A DNA stretch of 63,983 nucleotides, filler included, from Octopus bimaculoides (GCF_001194135.2; 5 parts of 5 records of this genome joined end to end with filler, not necessarily neighbours in it); one strand, 5' to 3'; shown: positions 12,795-26,885, counted from the whole stretch's first letter. Numbers and translations: made by a program. The notes: generated from the sequence alone by a model not told the origin.

Positions 12795-13532
12795 ATATAT
12801 TTAGAGGAATGAACTCAAGATCAAATTGCCTCTTGATGGGAATTAAGGAGTTTGTGTTCAGAAGTTAGAATTTGAAAGAGTTCTTTGATGCATAACTCAC
12901 ATCTCTTATCAGCAATTTTATACGATCTGGCATGACTTATAATTTCCTATTTAAGCTTATAATTCTTATTATTGTCTTTTAACACCCATATAAATTTGCT
13001 TAGACTAGTATTTTTAATTTTCTGTCAGTTTTTAAAGCTGTTTTTCTGGTTGGCAATTCTTCTTTTTATGGGATTTTCATTTGATCCAATATAATAGTAT
13101 TTTGTATCTATATAATAGATTATCTTGCTTACAATAAATACTAAACTTACATTCATCATTAATCCTACAATCACAAGTATTATTTACATTATTAATCATA
13201 GAATTTTTACCTATATTATTTCCATTAATTTCATTTTTATTATACATATTATTTTGGTTAAAAAGGAAGCCAATATGGAATATCTTCCTTCTATCATAAG
13301 AAAGTAGATTATCGTCATTTTTACAAATATCTAGATTGTTATAGAAAACATCTCATTTTTTGTAATTAATTGAAGATATAATTCTAAAACGATTCTTTGG
13401 TAAAGAGAAATTGTTTCTTATAAACTTACCATAAATTATTTCACTATATCTATTATCTTTATTAAAATGTTTATGAATACATCTATAAATAGATTTGATT
13501 ATGTTGTTTTTGACTTGCTTTTCAAAGGGATG
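12795..13532 (-). mobile_element. 5'-truncated, decayed Penelope-like element (RT thumb + GIY-YIG endonuclease)
   Basis: Minus-strand translation gives QVKNNIIKSIYRCIHKHFNKDN, YYYIGSNENPIKRRIANQKNSF, TSLSKFIWVLKDNN and ARSYKIADKRCELCIKELFQIL...LLNSHQE. Confidence 0.7.
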
Positions 13533-13698
13533 ATCGTTATTTTTATTTTATTTTTATTTTTATTTTCATCTTACCCACATGTATTTTATTTTTATTTTAT
13601 TTTTATTTTATTTTCATTTTTATCACATTTATTTTAGTATTTTCATTTTTATTTTTATTATTTTTATTTTTGTCTGTATATATTTATTTTTGCCTGAA

Positions 13699-13742
<44 letters not shown>

Positions 13743-14210
13743 TAATTTTTACATTTTATTTTATTCATGTGTTCTTATATTTTATATATCTTATTATTAT
13801 AGTTAAATAAAATCATAAACACACACACACACACATACATACACACAAAAAATTAAACATATTTTCATCTACTTAGTCTGTTGAGAATCTCACTTCATCA
13901 AAATGCAGTTTCCTTAATGTCCATTGTCCCTGAAGATATTTTACTCTAAATATTCAAAATGCAAACTTATTTTATTTTATATGTTTGTAATTTGTATTGA
14001 GTGTGAATTGAAACACTTGTAGGCCTTATTAAGAATGTTAATAAATTGATTTATATCCATTGAATCTCTTTATTTTCTTACTTAATAATATTTGATATTT
14101 ATAATATATTTATTTTTAAATTGAACAGATATTTCTCAACAATATGATATATTAAACCAGTGTAACTTGGATGAAACCATCTCCATAAGAGGTTTATATA
14201 TCCTTATAGT

Positions 14211-14281
<71 letters not shown>

Positions 14282-15980
14282 TGTATCTATGTATGTATGT
14301 ATGTATGCATGCATGCATGTGTATAAGTATTTAGTCAAGACGGTCGCCCTATTTTCTCCATCTATTGGCAGAAAAAAATTCACTAAAAATCATATATGCT
14401 TTATAAATTTTAACTATTCCATTATTAGAACTAAAACATTCTCATCATTACCATCACCATTTTAACATCCCTTGTTTATGCTTGTACAGGCCGGACAGAA
14501 ATTATTGAAGCACATTCTCTATGGTCAGATGCCCTTCCTGTCACCAATCTCACCTGGTTCCAAAAAAGTTAATATTTCCCCATGACTGCACATGTTTCCA
14601 CAGAAGACTGGGAATGTATGACATTGCTTGTATGGCAGTCACACTCATTTACAACTATTGCTTGATGTCAACACAATGAGACACAAATGCACTGAAATAT
14701 GCCCATGCACACATACACACACACACATGTATATCTATTTATATGCATGCATGTATATAACTATCTAGACAAGACACACACACACACACACACTTATATA
14801 CATAAATAATGAGTTTCTTTCAGTTTCCATCTATTTCTACATCCATGTACAAGGATTTAGTCAGCCTACGTATTTGCTCCATGCCAAGGTTCCATGCAGC
14901 CCAGGCATTTACCCAAAGTTCCATGCAGTAAAAGATATTTGCCCAAGGTATCATGCAGTGAGGCTGAATTCAAACCACATGGTTTGGAAGCAAACTTATT
15001 AACCACATGACAATCCCTGTACTTCATACCTTCTTTTATTTATAATCTTGACAAAACAGATGCAGAGATTCTTCTTTAGAAACAGAAAAATATCTCACAG
15101 CATTGGATTATCTCTCATTCTTATTGTGCATGTATAACCTTGACTATAAATGTTAGGATTCCTCTTTAGAAACAGAAAATATTCTGGCCTTCACTAGTAG
15201 GTGACTCTCTGTAAAGATTAAGCAGTATCCAAAATAAAGTATTTCTTACATGCCTGGGATTAGGTTACTGTTACTCATGCAAACATACTTAGCCACATCC
15301 CTCCCCAGCAAAAATCCCCACAGCTCATTAATTTGTAAGGATTCACTCACCATGATGCAACAAATATTAACTCTCAAGCTTGATGTTTCTTCTCTTTACT
15401 GCTTCTCATTATCACTGTTATCGTTTAATTACTACACAATTATTATCATTATTCTTTTATGTCTACAGATAAGATGGTGAACAGGCAGAATCATTAGTAT
15501 GCTGGGCAAAATGCTTAGCAGCACTTCGTCCATTTTTTACATACTGAGTTCAAATCCCACTGAGATTGATTTTGTCTTTCATCCTTTCAGGGTCGATAAA
15601 ATAAGTACAAGTTGAATACTAGGGTTGATGTAATTGACTTACCTCCTCCCCAGAAATTCCTAGACTTATGACAAAGTTTGAAACCATTTATGTTTACAGT
15701 TGTGACTGTGTGGTTAGGAAGCTTGCTTCTCAATCGTGTGGTCTTGGGTTCAGTCCCACTGTGCAGCATCTTGGGCAAGTTTCTTCTACTATAGTCCCAG
15801 GCTGACCAAAGCTGGTGAGTGAATTTGGTATGTATGTATGTATGTATGCATGTATGCATGTGTGTGTGTGTGGATGTGTGTGTGTACCTTTGTCTAGACA
15901 TCACATGATGGATGATTGTAAATAAGCATCATCATCACATAAGTGATATTCATTTCCAGTGTTCCATAAAAAAACATGCC

Positions 15981-16061
15981 TAGCCTTGAAACAAATATTA
16001 TCTTGCTTAGCCTTGAAACAAATATCATCTTGCTTAGCCTTGAAACAAATATTACCTTGCT
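15981..16061. repeat. 27-bp minisatellite x3 inside a SINE-like body
   Basis: TAGCCTTGAAACAAATATTATCTTGCT repeated head-to-tail three times with one substitution between units and no spacers. Confidence 0.9.
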
Positions 16062-17639
16062 TGTAAACAGGTGAGAGTTAAGCATCCAGTCATAGAAAAT
16101 CTGCCTCAACAAATTCCATGCAGTAAAGTAGACATTAAATGAAAAAAAAAAAGTTCTATACTGGTAGGAAGTAATTATATCTTAAAAGTTTGAGTTAATT
16201 ATCTGGCATTATATACCCCTCCTAGATGGGTCAGGGACCACATTATAAGTTCCATTTTTTTTTTCATGATTTCTATGGTTAGATACCCTTCCTATTGCCA
16301 ACCACCTTACAAGAGTATATTGGTTGCATGTTATTGTAGGACCAATCCTAGAGAGGTTGTCCTGTCTCTGCTGAGACTAAAGAGTCCTCATTTTCTAACT
16401 TTATCTTCATTTACTTACCAGCACCAGAGAGTTCACCTTTCCTTCTTTTCTCTCTGTAACAAGATTGTTCTCTCTACCTCAAGTTGTCTCCATATGTACA
16501 TTCCTTTTACCCACCCCACACATCCAACTGGGGGAAAAAAGAGAATATGGTAGAGTAAAAAGAGAGAGGGTGAGAGCCAAAGAGTGATAGAAGAAAGAGT
16601 AAAGAAGAGATAGAGAAAATGATAGACAGCTAGATGATAGTTGTTGGTAAGACTGAATAGAAGCAGCATGACTGAGAAAATAATCAAAGAGAGTGTGAGA
16701 AAAGAAATATATATATATATAGAGAGAGAGAGAGAAAGAGAGAGAAAGAGAGAGGGAGAAAGAGAAAGAGAGAGAGAGAGAGAGAGATGGGCTGATAGGT
16801 GGAAACAGTGATAGAAATAACAATGTGCTAGAGGGGAGAGTAATAATAGAGACATGTGTAAGAGACAGTTACATGATAGTTGCTGGTAATGATACTGATT
16901 AGAAATAGTATGAGAAGTATGATAGACAAGAGAGTGTAATACAGAGACAAGATGATAGACAAGACAGTAATAGAAGTGAGAGAGTGTGGGAAAAGAGAAT
17001 GTAGGAATGAGTGGAATAGTAAGAGAGAGACAGTAATAAAGATGGATGATGGCAAAAGAGAGAGAAAAAGAGAGAGAGAGATGTCAATGATTAACAAGAG
17101 AGGAGAAATTAATGGAAAAGTGAGAGAGAAAGAGAGAAGGAGAGAGAGAGAGTATGGCTAACAATACTAAGGGAAGGAATAATAAGGGAGGGAATGACTA
17201 CAGATAGATCAAAAGGAAGCCGTCACTTGTTACACAAACGACATGATGGACTTATTTAGACTGTGATATGTAAGATACTACTTTTTTCCCATACACTTAT
17301 TGTCAGATGTACAACACTAGACCAATTCTGGATAAAAAAAGACTACATACATATAGATATCTAGAGAACTAGATTGAAAAGAGTGCACAGTTATGACTAC
17401 TCTCAATTTGAATGAGATCCAGTGAAGTCAAAATTGCAACTTGTCCCTTGTTAGATTTGCACATTAGACTCTTGTGTATCAAAGCCAGATGTATACATTT
17501 TCATTTTAAACATATTGAGTGAAGTGTATCTAAAAATATTGACTCAAACCAATGTCTCCTTTTTCATACCTAGCTGGTTTCTTCAAAAGAATGCACTTTG
17601 TAAGCTGTCATCTTTATACCAGCAAATGTTTAATCTTAA

Positions 17640-17860
17640 CCCTTTAGCATTTAAATCAGCCACATCAAGCCCAAATATTCTTCTTGCTGTATTGTTCAAA
17701 CCAACCAGATCCAGCCTTTTGCAGCTATCCTACAATTTCTTTCTAAAAATAAACAACCACATCATTGAGATCTTGAAGCTATGAAATAATGCATGATTAA
17801 TTCAAAACAATGTGAATAAATAAGTATTACATTTGACAGAGTAATCTGAATGCTAAAAAG
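17640..17860. mobile_element. piggyBac-type MITE (older copy)
   Basis: TTAA flanks at 17636-39 and 17861-64; termini CCCTTTAGCATT / AATGCTAAAAAG; colinear with 28721-28938. Confidence 0.75.
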
Positions 17861-19070
17861 TTAAAAATCATTCTAATACTAAAACATATACAGTTTGTGT
17901 CATGCCTGTATGATTTTGAATTGATTTAAACTAGATTAGACCATGAAATCGTTTTTCATATAATGTTGAGAGATGAAAGAAATCATTATTATAAAAATGG
18001 ATGAAATAATTAAATAATGCTAAGAGAGATGACCTTCATCCACTTTGCTCTGATAATTTTAAAAGAATATAGTTGCAGTTTGCATAATCTATATAGTTGA
18101 CAATTATATTAGTTTCATTGATGTTTAACCTATAATTTGAATAGTAACACAGAAATCTTCAGGAATAAGTAGGAAAATGTACAACATTGCATTCAGCTAC
18201 TATTGCTGTTGTTGTTGAGCTATTACTATTATTGTTGCTGCTGGTACTGTTTTAGTTGCTCAACAACAACAGCAATAACAAATCTTTCAGTTGTTGCAGT
18301 GGGGTTTTTTTTTTTTTTTTTGGATACTTAAGTAGTATTTACTTAAGCTGACATCCAATACTGAAGTGAGCTATTTCAATCTGTAGTTTCAGCCATAGCC
18401 TTTTGCTTTTATTATAGTGAAACACTTTCCAGAACTTTGAAATATGATCCCCACTTTAAAATCCATTGACAATGCACTACAACTTTAAACTAGTCTGGTA
18501 ACTGTGTAGAAGCCCTTCATTGGTTAGCATTCATGTGTGCATAATAAACAAACATAGATATATACATATGTGTGCTTTTATATGTGCATGTATGTATGTC
18601 TATATATATTAATGTTTGTTTTTATGTCATTATACCAAAAACAATTTTATATTAAAACGAAGGATGATTACTCAATACTTTTCGTAGATTTCATATATAT
18701 TATTCTTTAACAGTAATAATGCTTTCAAGTAGTGACAGTGACTTTGAGGTTTTGCTTCTGTATGTCTTTGTGTGTAATGCACACACACACACACATACAT
18801 AAACACAGATGTACACACATATATATGTATGTATATATGTATGTACATATGTACAGATGTATGTATGTATGTATGTATTTATGTATGTATGCATGCATGT
18901 ATGTATGTGTGTATGATATGAAGCCTTGTAAGTGGATTTTGTAGGCAGAAGCAGAAAGAAGCCCATTGTATATATATGTATATAAATATATGTGTATGTG
19001 TATGCTTGTATCTCTTTGTTTTGACATCACAAGTAAACAAGTGTGTACATCATGCAAGTGGTATGTATGT

Positions 19071-19980
19071 TCTCTTCTGTTTTTAATTATTTGAAATCCT
19101 CTGAGGAAGGGGTTGTTTTTTAATAAAGATACAAAGTTCCATCACTGGAACATAGATAACAAAAGTTTGCATACTTTCAAAGTTCCTCTGACAAATTGTA
19201 TTTGTAATGTACAAATTAACTGGCTGATTTCTTTTTTTGAAAACCCTAGCTTATCCAGTTTGTTACTTAGGCATTTACTGACAAAACCAAGTGCACCAAT
19301 TATCATTGGTATAAATATGAATTTATAATCTGGATATAGAAGGTGGAGGTTTAGAAGCAGTTGTCCATAGTTATCCTCTTTCCCTTTCATTTTTGAAGAA
19401 ATATTTACATCAAAAAGGCAGCTGACAGTATGGATATTTCTTTGTCTGTCCCAAACAACAATATCCAGCCTGTTATGTTTACATTTGACAGAAGTTTTGA
19501 TGAGAATGTTCCACCAATATTCTTTGTGTTGATGTTTGTGTACGTATTCAATAATAGTGGGATTTTCTATATTTAATCTTGGACAGTCATTTCTTCTTTT
19601 TGAATGGCATTGTATATTGTTTTAGCAACAATGTCATGTTGCATAGGGAAGTAATACTTTAATGATAGTTTTAGGTGGCTGCTGATCACATGTGTGATGT
19701 TATCCACAGAAATATGACACAATGTATATTTTCAGTTGCATCTTGGGGCTTCAACAGCTTAACTGTCTCTTTTGTTTATGAGGATTTTCGTAGCATTTTC
19801 CTGTTCTTGGATTGCAAATGCTTAGCCTTTGAAGTGTGGTGTGATGTAGTAGTTACGAATCCAAGAGAGGCAGCACTTCATATTAATATTACTGTCTTCT
19901 TCAAGTCTTTGGGAAACATACCCATACATAGTCTTTTTTGGTATGCTATTTCACATCCAGGTCTTCTTTGAGAAGACCAA
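19071..19980 (-). mobile_element. 3' about 0.9 kb of an RLE-type non-LTR retrotransposon (degenerate CCHC knuckle + PD-(D/E)xK nuclease)
   Basis: Translation gives KYTLCHISVDNITHVISS..KLSLKYYFPMQHDIVAKTIY, KEYWWNILIKTSVKCKHNRLDIVVWDR and KEDNYGQLLLNLHLLYPDYKFIFIPMIIGALG. Confidence 0.85.
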
Positions 19981-20084
19981 ATGTATATATGTATGTGTGT
20001 TTATGTATTTCTGGATGTATGTTCTCCTCTTTCTCCTTTTAATTTAAATTTAGAGTCAACATTGACCAGCCACCTACTTAGTAG

Positions 20085-20403
20085 CAAGACTGTAAAGGAA
20101 AGAATCTTGTTTCCTGTGAAGGAAAGAATCTTTCAAATCTTAAGAAGCTCTTGTGGATTTTTATAGTTTTTGATCTCATGATCATTTGTAGTGAATGAAT
20201 TAAGGATTTGCATTCTCTCTCCAAGATTCCAAGTTCTGTGATACTTTGCTCCAGACATGCTGGTATATATATACTGTTGCTCCCAATAATAGTAGGTATA
20301 AAGCTGAAAGTGTACCTTGGGTACTGGATTTGCAATGTCTTTATTAATAATCCATAGATGTCTTCTTTTTCTTGTATTTTTCAAACCACATCTGTATCCA
20401 GCT
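20085..20403 (-). mobile_element. Divergent RLE-type LINE 3' fragment
   Basis: Translation gives EDIYGLLIKTLQIQYPRYTFSFIPTIIG...KTIKIHKSFLRFE, paralogous to the two copies above. Confidence 0.65.
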
Positions 20404-21883
20404 GTATGTATGTATGACTATATGTGCATATGTATATATTATGCGTTTGCGTGTATGTATGTATGTATGTATGTATGTATGTATGTATGCATGTATGTGT
20501 GTGAGCATGTATGTGTGTGTGTGTGTATGTGAGTATGTATGTGTGTGTGTGTGTTTGTGCATATGTATATGTCTGTATGTGTAAGTATGCATACGTGTGC
20601 ACATGTATGTGTGTGTATGTGCGTGTGTAATATGTGTGTGTATGTTTGTATGTATGCATATGCATCTTTATCTTTTATCTTTTGCTTGTTTCAGTCATTA
20701 GACTGTAGCCATACTGGAGCATTGCTTTGAAGAATTTTTAGTCAAATGTATCAACCCCAGTATTTAATTTTGTTAAGCCTTGCACTTATTCTATTGGTCT
20801 CTTTTGCCAAACCACTAAGTTATGGGGATGTAAACACATNNNNNNNNNNNNNNNNNNNNNNNNNNNNNNNNNNNNNNNNNNNNNNNNNNNNNNNNNNNNN
20901 NNNNNNNNNNNNCACTTATTCTATTGGTCTCTTTTGCCAAACCACTAAGTTATGGGGATGTAAACACATCAGCACAGGTTGTCAAGCAGTAGTGGCAGGG
21001 AGCAAACACACAGACACAAATACAGGCACACACACACACTCAAACACACAAACACACACACACTCACACTCACGTACGCACACATGCATGCACACACACA
21101 CACACGATGAGCTTCTTTCAGTTTCCATCGACCAAATCAACTTATAAGGCTTTGATCGGCCTGAGGCTATAGTAGAAGACACTTTCCCACTGTGCCACAC
21201 AGTGGAACTGAACAAGTTTCTTACCACACAGCCATGCCTGCATATGTGTGTATTTATTTATTCAAGAAATGTCAACCTCTAATTGTGGAAAGAACTTGTG
21301 GAAGCTGGAGACCCAGGCAGACATGGGACAAGGTTGTGAAATGAGATCTTTGGATGTTGAGTCTCATAGAGGCAAAAAGACAAGTGACCAAGACTTCTGG
21401 CAATTTGCTGTGTTTGAAAAGATCTGTCAAACTAAGTGAAATCATGGTCATGGCCTAATACCAGAGATGTGTGAATGGCACCCATGCCAGTGACACATAA
21501 AAGGCATTTGTGCCAGTGACACATAAAAGCAATCATGCTGGTGACACATAAAAGGCACCCATGTTAGTGACATGTAAAAGGCACCCAGTACACTCTGTGG
21601 AGTGGTTGGTGTGAGGAAGGGCATCCAGCTGTAGAAACCATGTAAAAACAGACTGGAGCCTGGGACAGCTCTCTGACTTACCATCTCCAGTCAAACTATC
21701 TAACCCATGCTAACATGGAAAATGGACATTAAATGATGATGATAATGACAACTACACTCTTCTTGTGAATGAAGAACGCAACTAAAATACAATAGTCTTA
21801 TCAACAAAACAGCAATCCCACTAATCTGAGAAATATAGATGTATAGTCAGATACATACAACTATTACTTGATATTGCTCTTAC

Positions 21884-21904
21884 CTCCTTAGATAACTGTG
21901 TCAT
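21884..21904 (-). CDS. Candidate start exon (MTQLSKE); full exon 21884-21916 with 12 nt of 5' UTR
   Basis: Acceptor tttatctcatag; strong donor GAG|gtaaga. All frames from the acceptor are closed; only the internal ATG at 21904 is open to the donor (phase 0). Confidence 0.3.
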
Positions 21905-23414
21905 ATTTGATTAAATCTATGAGATAAATTATTCTGTTCACTGGCTTATGACTTATATGGCTGTTCTATTTAGTAATATTAGATTAAGAACAACATTGCT
22001 TGTATGGTCTTTTAGTTATACATTTACTCCATCCATTACAAGGATTCTTTATAAATAAAGAAAAATTAACGATCTACAGTTATGAATCAAACCTCCTAAC
22101 AAGATCAGCATAAAAGTCTTCAATAAAACAGTTAGATAAGCTGTATTCTTTCAGATTTTACACACGGCTGAATGCAGAGGATGAATATATGAAAGATAGT
22201 CTTTATGCATCTCTACTGCACTCGACTTTGGAGTTCTTTGATATTGTTGCATAATTTATAACTATTTTAGGATGTTAGTGAAATGATTGAATTTGTAATT
22301 GTATAAAACATTGAATATTTTATACAAAAGTAATACATTTTGTGAAATGTTGAAATGTCATACAAAGAAGCAGGAGATTTTTTTTTCTTACAATTGTAAA
22401 CTCATTGAAATGTAATATCTGTCTGAAATTAAATTACCAACAGATTTTTGTAGAATTATTTACCCTTCAAATGCAATTCTAATATAAAATTTATTTTGGA
22501 AAATATAGTTACTTTATGACTTTAATGTTGATGTCAATATATTCAGCAGTTCGAATATTAAATATACATACATCATTATCTTTTACTCGTTTCAACCTGT
22601 AGGTTATAGAAAAATATAATAACAACAACAACAGTAACAACAACAACAGTAACAACAACAACAACAATAATAATGGTTTCAAATTTTGGCATGAAGTCAG
22701 CAATTGGCTCCAGTGTTCAGCTGGTACTTATTTTATTGACCCCTGAAGGATAAAAGGCAAAGTTGATTTCAGCAGAATTAGAACTTAGAATGTAAAGACA
22801 GATGAAATACTATTAAGCATTTTGCTCAGCATGCTAACAATTCTACCAGCTTGCCATCTTAGTAATGATAATAATAATGCAAAAGCTCACGTCCTTCACA
22901 ATACACTATTAATTCTATTACAACCCAAATACAACAATCCACAAGCACAAGATAATCTATACAGTAAATATCCAGTAAAATAAACAACCCCCACAAAATG
23001 TACTCTACAGGTAAGATACCCAACAAAAGAACACAACTTGCATTACACATACAGTACACAATACAAACAGTCATACAACAAAAGACTCAAGTGAAAGCCC
23101 ATAACAAAACAAATTGATGCAATACTTCCCCAACAAAAAAAAAAGAAAAAAACAGATCACCCAATGCTGTACACATCTCAGCAAGACAGAGGTGTAGCAG
23201 GTGATACTGAAGAAATTTATCTGAAACTATTAAGTTATATAATAATAATAATGTTTTCAAATTTTGGCACAAAGCCAGCAAATTTTAGGGGTTGGGGCTT
23301 GTCGATTATATCAATGCCAGTACTCAACTGGTACTTATTTAATCAACCCCAAAAGAGGGAGAGGCAAAGTTGACCCTGGCAGAATACAGCATGGAAAGCG
23401 GACGTTAAACGATA

Positions 23415-23895
23415 AACTCTGAGATATGCCAATACACACAAATAGAGAAATCAAGGCTAATAAACCAGATACAGTTGTCAGAAATCACCAAGAAAAAAAT
23501 GCTTTGTAGTCGATGTATCAATACCAACAGATGACAATGTATCTCTAAAAGAAATGGAGAAACTCTCAAATCACAAAGATCTGGAAATAGAGATAATCCA
23601 AATGTGGAGCCTATAAACAGAAATAGTCTCTATGATAATAGGTATGATTAAAAAACAATCAGACGAATACATAACCAAACCACCAGGACTTATAAATGTA
23701 TATAACATGCAGAAAATAGCACTACTAGGCACTGTGCACGTCTTATGTAAGGCACTTTCAATGCAGTGGAAATCAGAACACAACAACAAACCACAGCATG
23801 TACCCAAGGCACACAGAGCTGCGCTCAGTAGAGCAGTGAAAGCATATGATGAAAATAAAGCTACTGAACAACAATAATTATAATAATAATAATAA
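23415..23895 (+). mobile_element. R4/Dong-clade LINE 3' fragment (RLE domain) ending in (TAA)n
   Basis: Translation gives IHTNREIKANKPDTVVRNHQEKKCFVVDVSIPTDDNVSLKEMEKLS..KDLEIE..MW and QKIALLGTVHVL, followed by a (TAA)n run. Confidence 0.85.
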
Positions 23896-24699
23896 TTTCC
23901 ATGCTGGCATGGGTTGGACAGTAAAACAGGAACTAGTAAGTCAGAAGACTGCACCAAACCCTGTTATCTGATTTAGTATCATTTCTACAGCTGGATGCCC
24001 TTTCCAATGCCAACTGTATTACAGACTGTAGTGGATGCTATTTATGGGGTACCAGCAGCAATAAGGTCACCAGGTAACTTGCAAAACAAGAACCCTCAAC
24101 TCAATGGGGGAGTTGTATTGAAGGACAGAAAAAAAGGAGTTTTGCATTAGAGGAGAAAACATGGCTACCTCTGGTAGTGGGAGAGAGAGGAGGAAGAAAA
24201 GATGGTGAAGATGTGATGGGGAGGGGTGGGTGAGTGGGTGAATGAGTTCATGAGATTGTCCAGCATTGGTGAGGAAAGGAGGAATGTTGGGACGATGGGT
24301 TTTTTGGGGAGGTTTTGTCAGGTGGAGACAGATTGTGTGCAGGGGGTAGGACATGGACATGTAAAGGACATGCCATGTATAGGTAACCTCTATAACAAGA
24401 ACCTGCTCTACCCCAACCTTTTCCTTCATGTTGACTTGTAAGTTAAATGATGACCTCAGTAGTGCTGGTGGCACAAGAAAAAGTACCCAGTAAAACAGTT
24501 GGCATTAGGAAAGGCATTCAGCCATAGAAACCATGCCAAAGCAGACAACTAGAGCACACTGTAGACCTTGGACTTATTAGATCCTTGTCAAATTGTCCAA
24601 CACACAACAGCGTGGCACATGGACATCAAACGATGATGATGATGATGATGATGATGTGTGAATGTGTGTGTGTGTGTGTGTGTATGTATATATATATAT

Positions 24700-24982
24700 T
24701 GACACCCTATCAAACTTCCCCCTAAAACAAAATACCAAAGTTAGGCCGAACATTAACAAATCAGAGATATCTGTACTTAAACGCATACAAAATGATGAAA
24801 CAATAATAATTAAACAAGCAGATAAAGGGGGTGCAATCGTCATCATGGATGTGGAATACTACAAGGATTTAGTTGAGGAACAACTAAAGGATACAACCTT
24901 CTATTGTGAAATACCCTCGAACATAGACCACCACATCATGAAGAAGATCAACCACCTAGTTTCTAAACACTACAACTCACTC
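24700..24982 (+). mobile_element. Penelope-like element RT N-terminal fragment
   Basis: ORF contains NINKSEISVLKRIQNDETIIIKQADKGGAIVIMDVEYY, the characteristic PLE IKxADKG motif. Truncated by a gap. Confidence 0.8.
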
Positions 24983-25082
24983 NNNNNNNNNNNNNNNNNN
25001 NNNNNNNNNNNNNNNNNNNNNNNNNNTTAATTAATTAANNNNNNNNNNNNNNNNNNNNNNNNNNNNNNNNNNNNNNNNNNNN
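24983..25082. other. Assembly spacer: 44 N + TTAATTAATTAA + 44 N
   Basis: Identical 100-bp structure occurs four times; the 12-mer puts stops in all six frames. Confidence 0.9.
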
Positions 25083-25110
25083 TATATATAAATATATATA
25101 TATATATATA

Positions 25111-25387
25111 TTAAAAACAAGGACGCTGGACAGTGAGAAAATAAGAAAAAAATGTGAACAAAAAGATGAAGAAGGTTCTTACAAAAAAATGGAATGAGAA
25201 GAAGGAAATGAAATCAAGAAAACTAAGATCCCATCCTCCCTGATTTCAGAAACCACAATTAATACAGCTTGTATAGAAGAAAATAACAGAAAATATGACA
25301 AATTTGTTTCTTTCTTCTCATTCAATTTTTTGCCTTTTTTTCATGTTTCTTTCCTATTTTCTGACTGTCCAGTATCCTTGTTATTAA
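25111..25387. repeat. Inverted-repeat (MITE-like) element with about 65-bp arms
   Basis: TTAAAAACAAGGACGCTGGACAGTGAGAAAATAAG... pairs with ...CCTATTTTCTGACTGTCCAGTATCCTTGTTATTAA (about 80% by eye); TA-rich flanks. Confidence 0.6.
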
Positions 25388-25542
25388 AATATATATAATG
25401 CTTAAACAGAGACTGAAAGATTGCTTGGAGATACATGGCGTATTTTGCAAATATGCCTAGTTAAAGTATCATAAAACTTGAAACTATTAGTAGCTCTGCG
25501 TCACTTTGGCAACTCTTTCTTTTTCTTTTCTCACTTTCTCAC

Positions 25543-25576
<34 letters not shown>

Positions 25577-26588
25577 ACTCACTCTCTCTCTCTCTTACTC
25601 TCACTCTGGTGGTAGTGGTGATGGTGGTGACAGTGGTGCTGGCAGCAGAGATGGTGGTGGTGGCAGTGGTGGTAGTGGCGGTGGTGATAATGAAATGTTG
25701 TTACTGTTGCAGTTCTTTTGAGTGACATTGAAACATTTTATTTGTTATACTTAACAAACAAAAGGACTCCTGCTTTGATTCGCAACCATAAATTTTGCTG
25801 AAAAGACCACTTTCCTACCACCACAGCCACACACTACTGCCGAACCACCAATACCTTCAACCATTACCTCTACTTACATACCACCACCATCATCACCATC
25901 ACTGCAATCAGCCATTGTTGTCACCACAACCAACACCTTCACTCCATACAGACTTTATAAGCAGGATATTAAATCTTCTATCAGTGGTGATCAGTGCTTG
26001 GACTTGAGATGCAAATTATCAGTTTTAATTATATACATTTACTTCATAATTAGCTTAAAGTTAAGTGATGATAGCAACACTGTGCAATAAAAAAACTATA
26101 TAAGAATAATGATGATGATGATGACAATGAGGACAACACACACAGAGAGTCTATAGCCTGCAGTAGTAATACAACAATGATAATAAACAAACAGAAAAGC
26201 CCCTTCTAGTGCTACATCAAACCTCCACCCACGACTTACACTGCAGAATGTAAGTGTGGGCGGTGAGGAAGAGGATAGAGATCCAACCCTTACTTAGATG
26301 CTTCATTCATTTATCCATCCATCCATCCATCCATACATACATACATATACGAGTGTGTGTGTTTGTGTTTGTCCTCCGCCACCATTTAACAGCTGGTCCT
26401 GATTCGTTTACGTCCCTGCAACCTAGCAGTTCGGCAAAAAGAAACAGATAGAATAAGTATCAGGCTTAAAAAATATAGGTAATGGAGTTGATTTGTTCAA
26501 CTAAACCCTTCAAGGCCATGGCACCAGCATCGCTGCAGTCTGAAGATAGAAACAAGTAAAAGGTAAAAATATATATATTCATACTTAC

Positions 26589-26885
26589 AATGAGTGGCCT
26601 GTCTTTGTATTTTTCTAATTGAGAGAGTATAAAAGAACCAAAGTCCATATTGTCAGGTATAGATACTGGTTTATATGCACTTTCAATAATACCCCCTTTA
26701 GTCTGCTGTAGACGGCATGTTGTACTAAATGGGTAACACGAAATGGGAATAGATGAACGGCTTTTATATTTGCTATGATTTAACAACCATGAGACATTCT
26801 TTTGACATTGTTGTGTAGTCCCAGATTTCGAAATAATCTTTGAAGTTAAGCTGTATAAATTTGGTCTCAAAGAATTTTGAAACAT
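26589..26885 (-). CDS. First coding exon (99 aa) of a 4-coumarate:CoA ligase / luciferase-like acyl-CoA synthetase (ANL superfamily), with N-terminal presequence
   Basis: Acceptor ttctattgcag at 26896 and ATG at 26885. The exon ends ...GGIIESAYKPVSIPDNMDFGSFILSQLEKYKDRPLI, matching the 4CL/luciferase N-terminal pattern (I.S.Y..V.IP...F..F....L..Y.DRP.L), with donor ATT|gtaagt in phase 0. Downstream exons were not found in the window. Confidence 0.78.

Noticed and set aside
13929-13965. CTGAAGA followed by hairpin TATTT-TACTCT-AAATA as a hammerhead
   Set aside because: No GAAA follows stem II, and there is no helix III or NUH site.
15981-16061. 27-bp repeats as a CRISPR-like array
   Set aside because: The units are contiguous with no spacers, the context is eukaryotic, and no cas genes are present.
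16530-17200. About 650-bp purine-rich strand-asymmetric tract
   Set aside because: Degenerate (GA)n/(AGT)-type low complexity. It could form triplex DNA, but nothing distinguishes it from the genome-wide SSR background.
18714-22254. Plus-strand exon pair 18714-18759 (IMLSSSDSDFEVLL) and 22155-22254 (FYTRLNAEDEYMKDSLYASLLHSTLEFFDIVA*)
   Set aside because: Phase-compatible and protein-like, but the donor lies in a TATG microsatellite edge, no homology is recognised, and it would overlap the minus-strand candidate gene. Only RNA-seq could rescue it.
25027-25038. TTAATTAATTAA recurring four times as a possible regulatory motif or PacI-like site
   Set aside because: It is always centred in exactly 44+44 N and has stops in all six frames, so it is an assembly linker.
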